Shown: one piece after another, positions 28,435 through 44,321 of the stretch
Layout of the letters: every line of letters begins with the position of its first letter
Position numbering within the stretch: the first letter of the stretch is position 1
DNA from: the human T2T-CHM13v2.0 reference genome, Homo sapiens
NCBI RefSeq assembly: GCF_009914755.1
Contig: NC_060931.1
Direction: 5' to 3' (one strand)
DNA: 64,000 bases
Translations under genes and position numbers: made by a program
The notes under the pieces: generated by a model
Database searches by the model: none
What the model was told of the DNA's origin: nothing
What the model saw: the letters and a program-made list of their open reading frames with translations, nothing else

Positions 28435-30473
28435 GTAAGTGGGAATCCCCCTCCCTACTTGTCCTGGGCTCCAGGCAGGGCCCCTGGTGTAAGGCCTGGG
28501 GCTGGAAGCCGACCCACCTAGGTCCAGGCTCTGGGGCAGAACTGAAACTCCTTGGTTACTGTCGGCTGCAGCCTGGGAGCAGGCCACTGCCAAAGCTGTG
28601 GGTCCTTCCAGGACAGTCTCCCCATGAGGCCGGTCCTCCACCTGCTGTTTCTTCACACCTGGTGGCCAGGGATGTGGCCCTGGGTAGAACGATGATTCTC
28701 CACTCCTGTCATTATGGAAGCCACCGCTGTCTCCCAGCCCAGCCAGCCACCTGGGCTGCAGAGCACCCCTTTCATGCCCTCCGGGTGCCTCCCCCTTCTC
28801 CTGCCCCAGCCTGGCTTTGTCCTACCCTGCTCTCAGGGAGGGGTACCCTGGAGTGGGGCCAGGGCATGGCTCTCCCCCGAGGGAGTTCCTCTCTGGCTGT
28901 CCCCAGGGCAGCTCTGCACAGCCTCAGTACCTGGCGCACCTCCCTTGACATCCTTCTTAGGGACAGTCAGGCACTCTGTGTGGGGCACTCAAGAGAGCCA
29001 GGCCCGTCAGCCTCTAGCTCCTGCCAGAATGCAGGCCTGAGGGGTGAGGGGCGGGGCAGGGGCAGGGGCAGGGACAGGAACTCCGGCGTGCTCTCCATCC
29101 GCAAAGGTTCACTGAGGCCCCGAGCCCCAGCCACTGAGCCACCAAGTCAGCCTGGGCCAGGCCTGGGTGCCCTGTCTGCAATGGAGGCAGAGACGGGGTC
29201 TCGGGGCAGTTCTGAGGATGCTGGGTGCACAGCGGGGGCCTCGCCGGCAGGAATCACTTATGCTCTCTCCTGGGCCAAGCTTTGTGGATGCCCAGCCTGG
29301 GGCCGCGGGGAGCTGGCAGGTCAGTGGCAGACACTGGTGGGCAGACCTAGTGTCTGGTAGAACAGGCATCAAGGAAGTGGTGACCGGAGGGAAGCCAAGT
29401 GCACTCAAACCCTCGGGTGAGTCATCACCGCCGGGTCTTTCACAGCTGCTGAAAGTGAGCAACAGTGATGAAGGTTTGTGAGTTTCTGCGTGAGCGAGTG
29501 AATGGACCAGTAGCAGTTTCCAGGTTGTGGAAGAGCGTTCCCTCCCCGGGATGGGGACACTTGGTTACAGCAATTCCTAATCCCCCACCCACCCACCGCC
29601 CACTGCAGAGGTATGCGGGGGCCCTGCTTCCTGCAGGCAGGAGTGAGGGGCACTCCTGTGATGTGGCACCCCTGTGACCGAGGTCATGTGTGATCGGTGT
29701 AAGGGCAGGAAGCGAGTCATTGGTCTGCACCAGGCGTGGGGGCTTCTGCGAGGGCAGGACCCAAAGTCGGCCTGGCCTCCCGGCTGCAGCACTCCTTTCC
29801 CTTTCGAATTAGGTTAGAGCCCTGGGACGGGAGGTGCCCTGTAGACCACCCCCCTCACCAACTTCCGTCCTCCGCCCCACCCCCGCGGTGATCCGGTGAA
29901 CTGCCGGCCCCCTGCTGTGCACCGAGTGGGGCAGTGACCCTGACGTGGCGTCTCCTGCCGCCCCTGCCACCGCCACCACCTCCGGTGGCCCAGCCTCCGC
30001 ATTCCCCACCCCCATGGAGGAATGCACCAGGCCTCCCTTCCTGGATGCACCCCTCACCCACATGCTTCCAAACCCTGGCATTTTCTGCTCCCCCTTTACT
30101 CCCACCCCTTCCCCTAGGCTCCCAGACAAAGGGGAAGTGGCTGGATCCTCTTAAAGGGACAGTGTCCCACCAGCTTACTGCTGAACTCCCCTCCTCAACC
30201 CCAGTTCCCTAGTTACAGTTAATTAGCATTAGCAGACAGCCCATGAGTGATACCCATGCAGGCCCCAGGCTGTGGAGAGTTTCCTGGGTAGGAAACAGCC
30301 CTTAAGGTCCCTCATCTCATCCAGGTCCCAGTCTTTCCTACCTGCCTCTCTCCTAGATTGTGGCCCTTTGGAGCCTGGTTCTTCTGTCCCTGTGTGACCG
30401 ACACATAGCACCCAAACAGTGGCAGAGCGGGACGGACCCCCTAGCCTGTTCTCTGTGTGGGTCTGTACCCTGA

Positions 30474-30716
<243 letters not shown>

Positions 30717-31042
30717 TAATAATTTTTTAAGAGATGGGGTCTTACTGTGTTGCCCAGGCTGGCCTCAAACCTCTGGCCTCAAGTGATCCTCCCACCTTCG
30801 CCTCCTGAAGTGCTGAGATTACAGGCATGAGCCACCATGCCCATCCCAGACTGACATTTCTATATTTGTTCATCCTGGCTGGGCAGGGCTGCTGGTCCCC
30901 ACCCCACCGGGATGCTTGGCTGGGAAAAAGCCGGGAATGTAGGTCTAACCCTGGCCTGTGTTGTGGCACCTACAGCCTGGCATTCCTCCCCATCTGCCCT
31001 TCAAGGCCCCACCAACCAGGCCTCCTTGGTAGCCTCTAGTGA

Positions 31043-31460
<418 letters not shown>

Positions 31461-31535
31461 TGAAACCCCATCTCTACTAAAAATACAAAAAATTAGCTGG
31501 GCATGGTGGTGTGTGCCTGTAGTCCCAGCTACTCA

Positions 31536-31667
<132 letters not shown>

Positions 31668-31762
31668 CTAATTCTTACAAAGGTGCCTGTAGCCGAGGCA
31701 GGGGCCCAGGTGAGGTGGAGGAGGGCGGGAGTGGACGTCTCAGCCCGGCCCCTCTCCTGCAG

Positions 31763-31901
31763 GTGTTGTGACTGCAGTGCCTCCCTGTCGCACCAGTACT
31801 ATGAGAAGGATGGGCAGCTCTTCTGCAAGAAGGACTACTGGGCCCGCTATGGCGAGTCCTGCCATGGGTGCTCTGAGCAAATCACCAAGGGACTGGTTAT
31901 G
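31763..31901 (+). CDS. LIMK1: LIMK1 exon 3 (LIM1/LIM2)
   Basis: cctgcag| ... |gtgagc; 139 nt; [46 protein letters not shown]. Confidence 0.98.
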
Positions 31902-32220
31902 GTGAGCGCCCCCTGCCTTGCACACTCACCTGGGGTGGGGGTATCCAAGCAGACCCCATGCTCCAGGTCTCTCTCCCATCATTGTCTCTCCTGGTCTCCT
32001 TTTTGCTGGTCTTTGGAGCTGCTTTCTGAGCCTGACTGTCTGTCTGTATCCCTCAGCGCCCCCATCTATGGAGCCAGCTCTGTCCAGGAGCTCAGCAGCT
32101 GGCCAGCCGGGTCCCTGCAGTTGTTTTTTTGGTGACACCCTTGGAAGAGGCCTAGGGGAGGATCTGTGGGGGTTGTTGGGTCTGCTGAGCTGGGCTGTTC
32201 CCTCCTCACCCCCGCACCAG

Positions 32221-32330
32221 GTGGCTGGGGAGCTGAAGTACCACCCCGAGTGTTTCATCTGCCTCACGTGTGGGACCTTTATCGGTGACGGGGACACCTA
32301 CACGCTGGTGGAGCACTCCAAGCTGTACTG
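32221..32330 (+). CDS. LIMK1: LIMK1 exon 4 (LIM2)
   Basis: caccag| ... |gtgagt; 110 nt; [17 protein letters not shown]...SKLYC. Confidence 0.98.
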
Positions 32331-32515
32331 GTGAGTGCCTTGGCCCCTCCCTGAGCCTAGGAGGCCCACCTGTGTCACAGATCTGCAAGGGTGCTGACTC
32401 TCCCACACCCGGGCCTCCTGCCCTTTCCCATGGGGTGAGGTTTGTTGGGGCAAATGTTCATATCTCCTTTCCCATCCCGGCATGGAAACAAGTGAGAAAT
32501 AACACACAGAAGTCA

Positions 32516-32707
<192 letters not shown>

Positions 32708-32869
32708 TCAGGAGGCTGAGGCAGGAGACTCTCTTGAACCTGGGAGGTGGAAGTTGCAGTGAGCCAAGATTGCACCACTGCCCTCCAGCCTAGGCAACAG
32801 AGCAAGACTCTGTCTCAAAACAGAAAACCTCAGACGTCAGCTTTCTTACTGGCCATGACTGCAGCATGG

Positions 32870-33550
32870 TGCTGGCACAAACCACCAGAGGTGGGGTGGA
32901 TGCCACAAGTTAAGGACACCATCCCCAGCATAACTGCTCCCTCTTTAGACACCAGCCACAAGTTCAGGGGTCCCCAACCCACTCACACTTCTGACCGACT
33001 GGCTACAAATTCAGGGACTCCCAAGACCCTGCCAAGTTTGATCGTTTGCTAACAGACTCACAGAACTCAGGAAATCCTCCATTTTTATCCCAGTTTTATT
33101 ATGAAGGACACAGCTCAGGTCCGACCAAATGAAGAAGCATCTCCCCTCCCTCCCCTAGCACATCAATGTGATCACCAACCAGGAAGCTTCACTGAGCTTC
33201 AGCAGCCAGAGTTTTTATTGGGATTTCATTACATCGTCATGACTGATTGAGTCATTGGCCGTATGATCAAGCTTAGTCTCTAGCCCCCGTTCTTGGAGGT
33301 CAGGCTGGATGAAAGCTGCAACCCTCTTCAAATCACATGATGTATCTTTGCGGGGCTGAGTCATCTCATTAGTATCAACTCAGGAATAGTCTGAGGGGCT
33401 CATGAATAACAAAGATACCCCATTCCAAGGACTTAGAGTCTCCCTCCCAGGAATCAGGACAAAACCCAGACAGATTCTTTCTTATACAACACTGATCAAG
33501 CTGGATTAGAGGACAACGTGGCTTGATCCCAGATGGGCTTTTAATGACTT
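32870..33550. mobile_element. LTR fragment, MER21-like
   Basis: gacaccagccacaagttcaggggtcccc...cttctgaccgactggctacaaattcaggg resembles the MER21 family; subfamily not certain. Confidence 0.6.
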
Positions 33551-34170
33551 CCTCCTGAACTGGATTTATCCTCAGGCCTTGTCCTGGCCGCCTTACAGGA
33601 TCACAGCGAGTAGACAGACCCGAATGACTCAGAGGGACGAGGGCTGGCTGGGCACGCACAGTTCCTGCTCCCAGTTCCATAGGAAGAGTGAAAGAAAAGA
33701 AAGCTGGCCAGGTGCAGTGGCTCACCCCTATAATCCCAGCACTTTGGGAGGCCAAGGCAGGCAGATCACCTGAGGTCTGGAGTTTGAGGCCAGCCTGGCC
33801 AACATGGTGAAACCATCTCTACTAAAAATAAGAAATTAGCCAGGCATGGTGGTGCTTGCCCGTAATCCCAGCTCTCAGGAGGCTGAGGCAGGAGAATCGC
33901 TTGAACCCAGGAGGCGGAGGTTACAGTGAGCCAAGATCACACCACTGCACTTTTGGACAATTGCTAGCTTTCCTTTTCTTTTGAGACAGAGTCTTGCTTT
34001 GTCACCCAGGCTGGGGTGCAGTGTTGTAATCAACAGAGTGAGACTCCATCTCAAAAAAAAAAAAAAAAAGGAAGGGATTGGGGGAAGAGCCTGGGGCTGG
34101 GGGCTGCAGAGATGCTGAAATTGATGACGCCCTTGACACTCTTTTCTTCCCACCCCGGCGGCTCTTGCAG

Positions 34171-34377
34171 CGGGCACTGCTACTACCAGACTGTGGTGAC
34201 CCCCGTCATCGAGCAGATCCTGCCTGACTCCCCTGGCTCCCACCTGCCCCACACCGTCACCCTGGTGTCCATCCCAGCCTCATCTCATGGCAAGCGTGGA
34301 CTTTCAGTCTCCATTGACCCCCCGCACGGCCCACCGGGCTGTGGCACCGAGCACTCACACACCGTCCGCGTCCAGGG
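34171..34377 (+). CDS. LIMK1: LIMK1 exon 5 (end of LIM2, start of PDZ)
   Basis: cttgcag| ... |gtgagt; 207 nt; [15 protein letters not shown]...TVTLVSIP...TVRVQG. Confidence 0.98.
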
Positions 34378-35528
34378 GTGAGTGGCCGGCCTGCCGAGGC
34401 TGCCGTCGGTGTGGCTATGGCTGTTGATGTGGGTGGCAGAGTCTGGCACTGGGGGCCCTGAAAATGAATGGGCGAGTGTTTGGGTACAGATGGGGCCCAG
34501 TTCTGACAACCTGGTTTGCCAGATTTCTGGCCCAGTCATTCCTCTGAATACCATTACAAATGCCAGATACAATAAAAAGACATTTTCAACCGGGCATGGT
34601 GGCCCACACCTGTAATCTCAGCACTTCGGGAGGCCGAAGTGGGTGGATCACCTGAGGTCAGGAGTTCGAGACCAGCCTGGGCAATGTGGTGAAACCCCGT
34701 CTCTACTAAAAATACAAACGTAGCCAGGCATGGTAGTGTGTGCCTATAGTGCCAGCTGCTTGGGAGGCTGAGGCAGGAGAATCACTTGAACCCAGGAGGT
34801 GGAGGTTTCAGTGAGCCCCGACTGCCATTGCACTCCAGGCTGGGCAACAAGAGTGTAACTCTGTATCAAAAAAATAAAAATAAAAAAAACACACTCAAAA
34901 AATAAAAAGACATTTTCTTTAGTCCATGTCTGATCCAACAAGAAAGAGGAGGAACCAAGTCAAGAATGAGTGAAGAAGCTGGGCGCAGTAACTCACACCT
35001 GTAATCTCAGCACTTTGGGAGGCCAAAGTGAGAGGATCACTTAAGGCCAGAAGTTTGAGACCAGCTTGGGCAACATAGCGAGACCTGCATGTCTACAAAA
35101 AAAAAAAAAAAATTAAAAATTAGCCAGGCATGGTGAAATCACTGAACACATAAAGGCTGGGCATGGTTGCTCACACTTATAATCGAAACACTTTGGGAGG
35201 CTGAGATGGGAGGATCACTTGAGGCCAGGAGTTCGAAACCAGCCTGGGAAACATTGTAGTCACAGCTACTTGGGAGGCTGAGGCAGAAGGATCTCTTGAG
35301 CCCAGGAAGTGGCTACAGTGAGCTATAATTGCACGACTGCACTCTAGGCTGGGCAATGGAGCAAAACCCTGTCTCAAAAAAATGGGGCAGGGCTGATAAA
35401 GATTAGATTACTGTGTGACTTTGAGCAGCTGCTTTCTCTCTAGGCTTTGGGGGTCTGTTTGAACAATGAGGGAGTTGGATACCTTGGAGCTTTCTAAGAT
35501 TTCTGTGGCGCCTTTATTGACACCTTGA

Positions 35529-35705
<177 letters not shown>

Positions 35706-35839
35706 TGACCACATGTGGCTAATTTTTGTATTTTTAGTAAAGACAGGGTTTCACCATGTTGGCCAGGCTCGTTTCAAACTCCTGGGCTCAAGTGATCCTC
35801 CCTTCTCGGCCTCCCAAAGTGCCGGGATTACAGGTGTGA

Positions 35840-36112
<273 letters not shown>

Positions 36113-36940
36113 TGATCCGCCCGTCTCGGCCTCCCAAAGTGCTGCGATTACAGGCATGAGCCACCACGCCCGGCCCTACCAAGTGCTAGCTTTCATTTGA
36201 CGCAGTGAATGTTTCTTGTACACCTGGCAGGTGCCTGGCACTGCATAGGCACTGTTGAGATGTGAAGGTGGCCCTGGGGACAGAAAATTATACTGGGCTT
36301 GACTGTGTGTCTCCATCCCTTGACATCAGCCAAGCCAGCAGCTGCTTTACATACATGATGAGCAGACAGCTGCTTGAAAGAGATGAGGAAACTCCCAGAC
36401 CAACGGCTCTTACCAGAGGGCCAAGGGAGGTCCCCACAGAGTCAGAGGCTGCAGCTGGTCCCTGAAATCCAGGCAGAATTTTAGAAATGAAGACAGTCAG
36501 CTGGGTGCAGCGGCTCATGCCTGTTATCTCAGCCACTTCGGAGGGCTGAGGTGAGAGGATTGCTTGAGCCCAGGAGGTGGAGGCTGCAGCAAGCTATGAT
36601 GACACCATGCATTCCAGCTTGGGCGACAGAGCGAGACCCTATCTCTAAAATAAAAATGAAGAAGACAGTTAATGACGTCTCCTCCCTGTCTGCCTCACTG
36701 GGTAAGCATTCGCCCAGCCAACATCTGGAACATCCCAGTTCTGCAAAGAGCCACACCCTTCCCAGAAAGAGCCCAACTTGCCAAAGATTTACTTATTTGT
36801 TTTAAACTGGTTTTAGTTGACCGCTTTTCATTTTGTGTATAGCAGCGTTTTAAGGAAGGTCTAATTTATCCAGGCCACCTGCTGCTTTAGCAAACCAAGG
36901 GAGAGGATGTGAGATTCTAAGGAATTTACATATGTATGTC

Positions 36941-36961
36941 ATATATATATATATATATATA
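36941..36961. repeat. (AT)10 microsatellite
   Basis: Seen directly. Confidence 0.9.
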
Positions 36962-37135
36962 GACACACAATTTTTTTTTGAGACAGGGTCTTGCTCTGTC
37001 ATACAGGCTGGAGTGCAGTGGCACAATCATAGCTCACTATAGCCTCAGATGCCTGTGCTCAAGCAATCCACTCACCTCGGCCTCCTGAGTAGTGAGACTA
37101 CAGGCACACACCACCACACCCAGCTAATTTTTTAA

Positions 37136-37297
<162 letters not shown>

Positions 37298-37576
37298 TGA
37301 AAATATTTTCTTTGGTTTTTTTCAACTTTTCATCTTCGCATTTTGCAGATTTATAGAAAATTTGCTAAAATAATAAGTCCATTGAATACATACACACCCT
37401 TCACCAAGGTTCACCAATTCGTAACTGCCATATTTGGGAGTTATATGTGTGTCTCTCTATATATACATATATGGATACAGATACATATACATGTTTAGTG
37501 ACTTGTTTATATTTGTACATACATGTACATGTTGTTATTTATTGATCGTTTGGGAGTAAGTTGCAGGGATCATTGA

Positions 37577-37852
<276 letters not shown>

Positions 37853-38432
37853 TGATCACATTTTGGAAATGTAACATTGATACCATTATCTAATACACAG
37901 ACCATATTCAAATTTTGCCTATTGTCTCTATACTGAACTACTGAGCTGTCCTTTATAGCAATCTCCCCCTCATCCACAGTCCAGTCCATGATCAACATTG
38001 CATTTAATCGTCATGTGTCATCAGTATCTTTTTTTTTTTTTTTTTTGAGACGGAATTTTGCTCTTGTTGCCCAGGTTGGAGCGCAATGGCGCAATCTTGG
38101 CTTATTGCAACCTCCGCCTTTGGGCTTAAGTGATTCTCCTGCCTCAGCCTCCTAAGTAGCTGAGATTACAGGCGTGCACCATTATGCATGCCTAATTTTT
38201 GTATTTTTATTAGAGACGGGGTTTTACCATGTTGCCCTGGCTGGTCTTGAACTCCTGACCTCAAATGATCCACCCACCTCAGCCTCCCAAAATGCTGGGT
38301 TTACAGGCATGAGCCACTGCGTCTGGCCATTTCCTCAGCCTTTCATTGCCCTTCATGATCTTGACATTTTTGAAGTGTACAGGCCAGTCATTAAAGTAAA
38401 ATGTTTTTCCTTTTTTTTTTTTTTTTTTTTAA

Positions 38433-38564
<132 letters not shown>

Positions 38565-38980
38565 TGACTGATGTTTCCTCTTAGGGAGACAGGCTCTGCA
38601 GGTTTGGCCTGATACTGCATAAGTGATCCTCTGTCCTTCCGAGTGGATCTTGCCAGGAGACATATGATGTCAGTGTGCCCTTTGCTGAGGATGTTCACTT
38701 TGATTACTTGTTTTTTCTGTACTGTAAGGATTTTTTTCCCTTTGTCATCAATAAACCATTTGTGAGATTTGAGTCTGTAAATATCCTGTTCCCAAAAACC
38801 CTTCCCCAAATGATTTGAGCATCTATTGATGATTCTTGCCTGTAGCGATTATTACTAGGGTGGCTACCAAATGCTGAATTTCTAACTCTGTTCTTCCTTC
38901 TGCATTTGTTACTGTAAGGAAGAGCTTCTCCCCCATACGAGAATAGTCTTTTTGTTTGCTTGGTTGTTTTTTTGAGATAG

Positions 38981-39118
<138 letters not shown>

Positions 39119-39255
39119 TAATTTTTTATTTTTTGTAATGGTGAGGTCTCACTATTTTGCTCAGGCTGGTCTCGAACTCCTGACCTCAAGTGATCTTCCC
39201 ACCTCAGCCTCCCAAATAGCTGGGATTACAGGAGTGTGCCACCATGCTCAGCTAA

Positions 39256-39402
<147 letters not shown>

Positions 39403-39488
39403 TAAAGTTCTCAGTCTCCTCTCTGCCTTACCCCCATCCCCTTTTCCATCTCCAGGACCTAGGGCAGAGACAAAGTGAGCATTCCCTA

Positions 39489-39784
<296 letters not shown>

Positions 39785-40102
39785 TCAAAAAAAAAAAAGA
39801 AAAGAAAAGAAAACCAGGTCCCTAACACCGAAGAGTTAAAAGAAATAAGTAAATTTGGCAAATTGGTCTTTTTGTGAGTTAGCTTATAGGCAACTGATCG
39901 AGGGTCTCTTTCCCGTCTTCACCCTGCAATTGTGGCTCAGGGCAAGCTGCCAGCTCCCTCCTGCCAATGCAGGAGCAATAGAGCTTGGCCTCCTCTTGCA
40001 GGGCGAGTTTGGGAGTCAGATATGAAGCCACTAATCCGGGACCTTTTTGGGACCCAAGGCACTCATCTGCCCCAAGCATACCAGGCAGGCCAGGTGCAAT
40101 GA

Positions 40103-40246
<144 letters not shown>

Positions 40247-40421
40247 TAGGACTACAGGCGCCCACTGCCACGCTCGGCTAATTTTTGTATTTTCAGTAGA
40301 GACGGCGTTTCACCATGTTGGCCAGGCTGGTCTCAAACTCCTGACTTCAAGTAATCCATCCACCTTGGCCTCCCCAACTGTTGGGATTACAGGTGTGAGC
40401 CACTGCGCCCGGCCAGTCCTA

Positions 40422-40829
<408 letters not shown>

Positions 40830-41034
40830 TCACACCTGTGGCAGACATCAGTAATTGATTACAGAATTCCTCCCCTGAAACCAGAACTCGGTGTTCTGGC
40901 CATCTGCTACTTCCCAGTCACACGAAGTAGAATCCTCCACCTGCTCACCCTGGATCTGGTGCCCTTCGCCTTGGTTTCCTGTTGGGGCTCTGAGGGACAG
41001 GTGGGCACTGGCCTGACCCCTGCCTTACCCACAG

Positions 41035-41140
41035 AGTGGATCCGGGCTGCATGAGCCCAGATGTGAAGAATTCCATCCACGTCGGAGACCGGATCTTGGA
41101 AATCAATGGCACGCCCATCCGAAATGTGCCCCTGGACGAG
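41035..41140 (+). CDS. LIMK1: LIMK1 exon 6 (PDZ)
   Basis: cccacag| ... |gtacgg; 106 nt; [35 protein letters not shown]. Confidence 0.98.
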
Positions 41141-41236
41141 GTACGGTCCTGAGTCTGTGGGGCAGGACGGGAGGTAGTGCCTTCATGCCTAGCCCCCTCC
41201 CCACTCCACCCCCATTCACATGCCTGCTGTCCCCAG

Positions 41237-41403
41237 ATTGACCTGCTGATTCAGGAAACCAGCCGCCTGCTCCAGCTGACCCTCGAGCATGACCCTCACG
41301 ATACACTGGGCCACGGGCTGGGGCCTGAGACCAGCCCCCTGAGCTCTCCGGCTTATACTCCCAGCGGGGAGGCGGGCAGCTCTGCCCGGCAGAAACCTGT
41401 CTT
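41237..41403 (+). CDS. LIMK1: LIMK1 exon 7 (PDZ end, Ser/Pro-rich linker)
   Basis: tccccag| ... |gtaagt; 167 nt; [19 protein letters not shown]...ARQKPVL. Confidence 0.98.
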
Positions 41404-42169
41404 GTAAGTCAGCCTGCTCCTCGGTTCAGCTGGGTGCTTTCACTCCTGCTGGGGCTCAGGGGCTGTGGGACCTAGGTCGGGGAGCCAGCCCTGCACAAAT
41501 GCAGCCCAGGCTTGAGCCAGGGAGGTGGAGGCTGCAGTAAGCTGTCATCACACCACTGCTCTCCAGCTTGGGTGACAAAACAAGACCCACTCTCAAAAAA
41601 AAAGAGGAAACACACATTTTTTAAAAAGCCGGGGACGGGGCCAGGCGTGGTGGCTCATGCCTGTAATCCCAGCACTTTGGGAGGCCGAGGCAGGTGGATC
41701 ACCTGAGGTCAGGAGTTCAAGACCAGCCTGGCCAACATGGGAAACCTCATCTTTACTGAAAATACAAAAATTAGCCGGGCTTGGTGGCAGGTGCCTGTAG
41801 TCCCAGCTACTCAGGAGGCTGAGGCAGATGAATCACTTGAACCCAGGAGATGGAGGTTGCAGTGAGCCAAGGTCACGCCACTATACTCCAGCCTGGGCAA
41901 CAGTGTGAGACTCTGTCTCAAAAAAAAAGAGGATGACAGAGCAGGATCTGAGGGGTTGAGGGGAGCTGGGGGCTGCCACTAGAGCCAGGATAGGCCGAGA
42001 CACTGGGATGGGCAGCCTTTGGACTGTCCCAGGCGGGCCCTCCCAAAGCAGGGGGTGATTGCATAGACTGGCATGGACAGGGGCATGCAGGCAGGAGGAG
42101 GAAGGGGCAGGGCCTTGGCCGGGTGCTACCTGTCCCCCGGTGGCACTTGGCACCATGTGTGCCCCCCAG

Positions 42170-42353
42170 GAGGAGCTGCAGCATCGACAGGTCTCCGGGC
42201 GCTGGCTCACTGGGCTCCCCGGCCTCCCAGCGCAAGGACCTGGGTCGCTCTGAGTCCCTCCGCGTAGTCTGCCGGCCACACCGCATCTTCCGGCCGTCGG
42301 ACCTCATCCACGGGGAGGTGCTGGGCAAGGGCTGCTTCGGCCAGGCTATCAAG
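42170..42353 (+). CDS. LIMK1: LIMK1 exon 8 (Ser310/Ser323 region and kinase Gly-rich loop LGKGCFG)
   Basis: ccccag| ... |gtacag; 184 nt. Confidence 0.98.
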
Positions 42354-42975
42354 GTACAGAGCATGCCAGGGTCTCAGGGGACAGTCTGGGTGGGACCCCT
42401 CCATCCTCCTTCCTTCCCAGTCTATGGAAACACAGTGGAAGGGGTATCTGGCTTCCAGACTCCCTGGCCAGTGCCCTCTCCTCCCTTGGCCTCCTGGAGC
42501 TAATTAGGAACAGGGGACCTCCTACAGGTAGACTGAGACCTTATGTGCGGGAGGTCATTGAAAGGTGGCTCCTAGCCAGGCACAGTAGTTTATCCCTGTA
42601 ATCCCAGCACCATGAGAGGCTAAGGCTGTAGGATCGCTTGAGCCCAGGAATTCAAGACCAGCCTTGACATCATCTCTACAAAAAATTTAAAAATTAATTG
42701 GGTATAGTGGTGCATGCCTGTGGTCCCAGCTACTTGGGAGGCTTAGGCAGGAGGATTGTGAGCCAGGAGTTCAAGGCTGCAGTGAGCTATGATCATGCCA
42801 CAGCACTCCAGCCTGGGCAATAGAGCAAGACCCCATCTCAAAAAAAAAAAAAAAAGACAAGGGATTAATACATCCCATCCACTTGGGTATTTGGGAACAT
42901 CCCATGCACAGCCTAGAGTATGAAGCCATCTGCACATCTCCCTGGCAGTCCTGGGGTGGAGATGGGGCTTCCTAG

Positions 42976-43275
<300 letters not shown>

Positions 43276-43345
43276 TAAGGAGAGAGGATACTTTGAGACC
43301 AACCTGGGCAACATAGCAAGACCCCGTCTCTACAAAAAAATTTTA

Positions 43346-43537
<192 letters not shown>

Positions 43538-43727
43538 TCACGCCTGTAATCCCAGCACTTTGGGAGGCTGAGCCGGGCGGATCACCTGAGGTCAGGAGTT
43601 CGAGACTACCCTGGCCAACATGGCAAAACCCCGTCTCTACTAAAAATACAAAAATTAGCCCAGCATGATGGTGGTGAGTGCCTGTCATCCAGGCTACTCA
43701 GGAGGCTGAGGCAGGAGAATTTCTTGA

Positions 43728-44321
<594 letters not shown>

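Noticed and set aside
41141-41236. 96-nt intron 6 as an in-frame retained insert
   Set aside because: Contains an in-frame TGA at its fourth codon.
42167-42175. CAG-GAG-GAG tandem acceptor at exon 8
   Set aside because: GAG is a very poor distal acceptor and nothing in the sequence indicates use.
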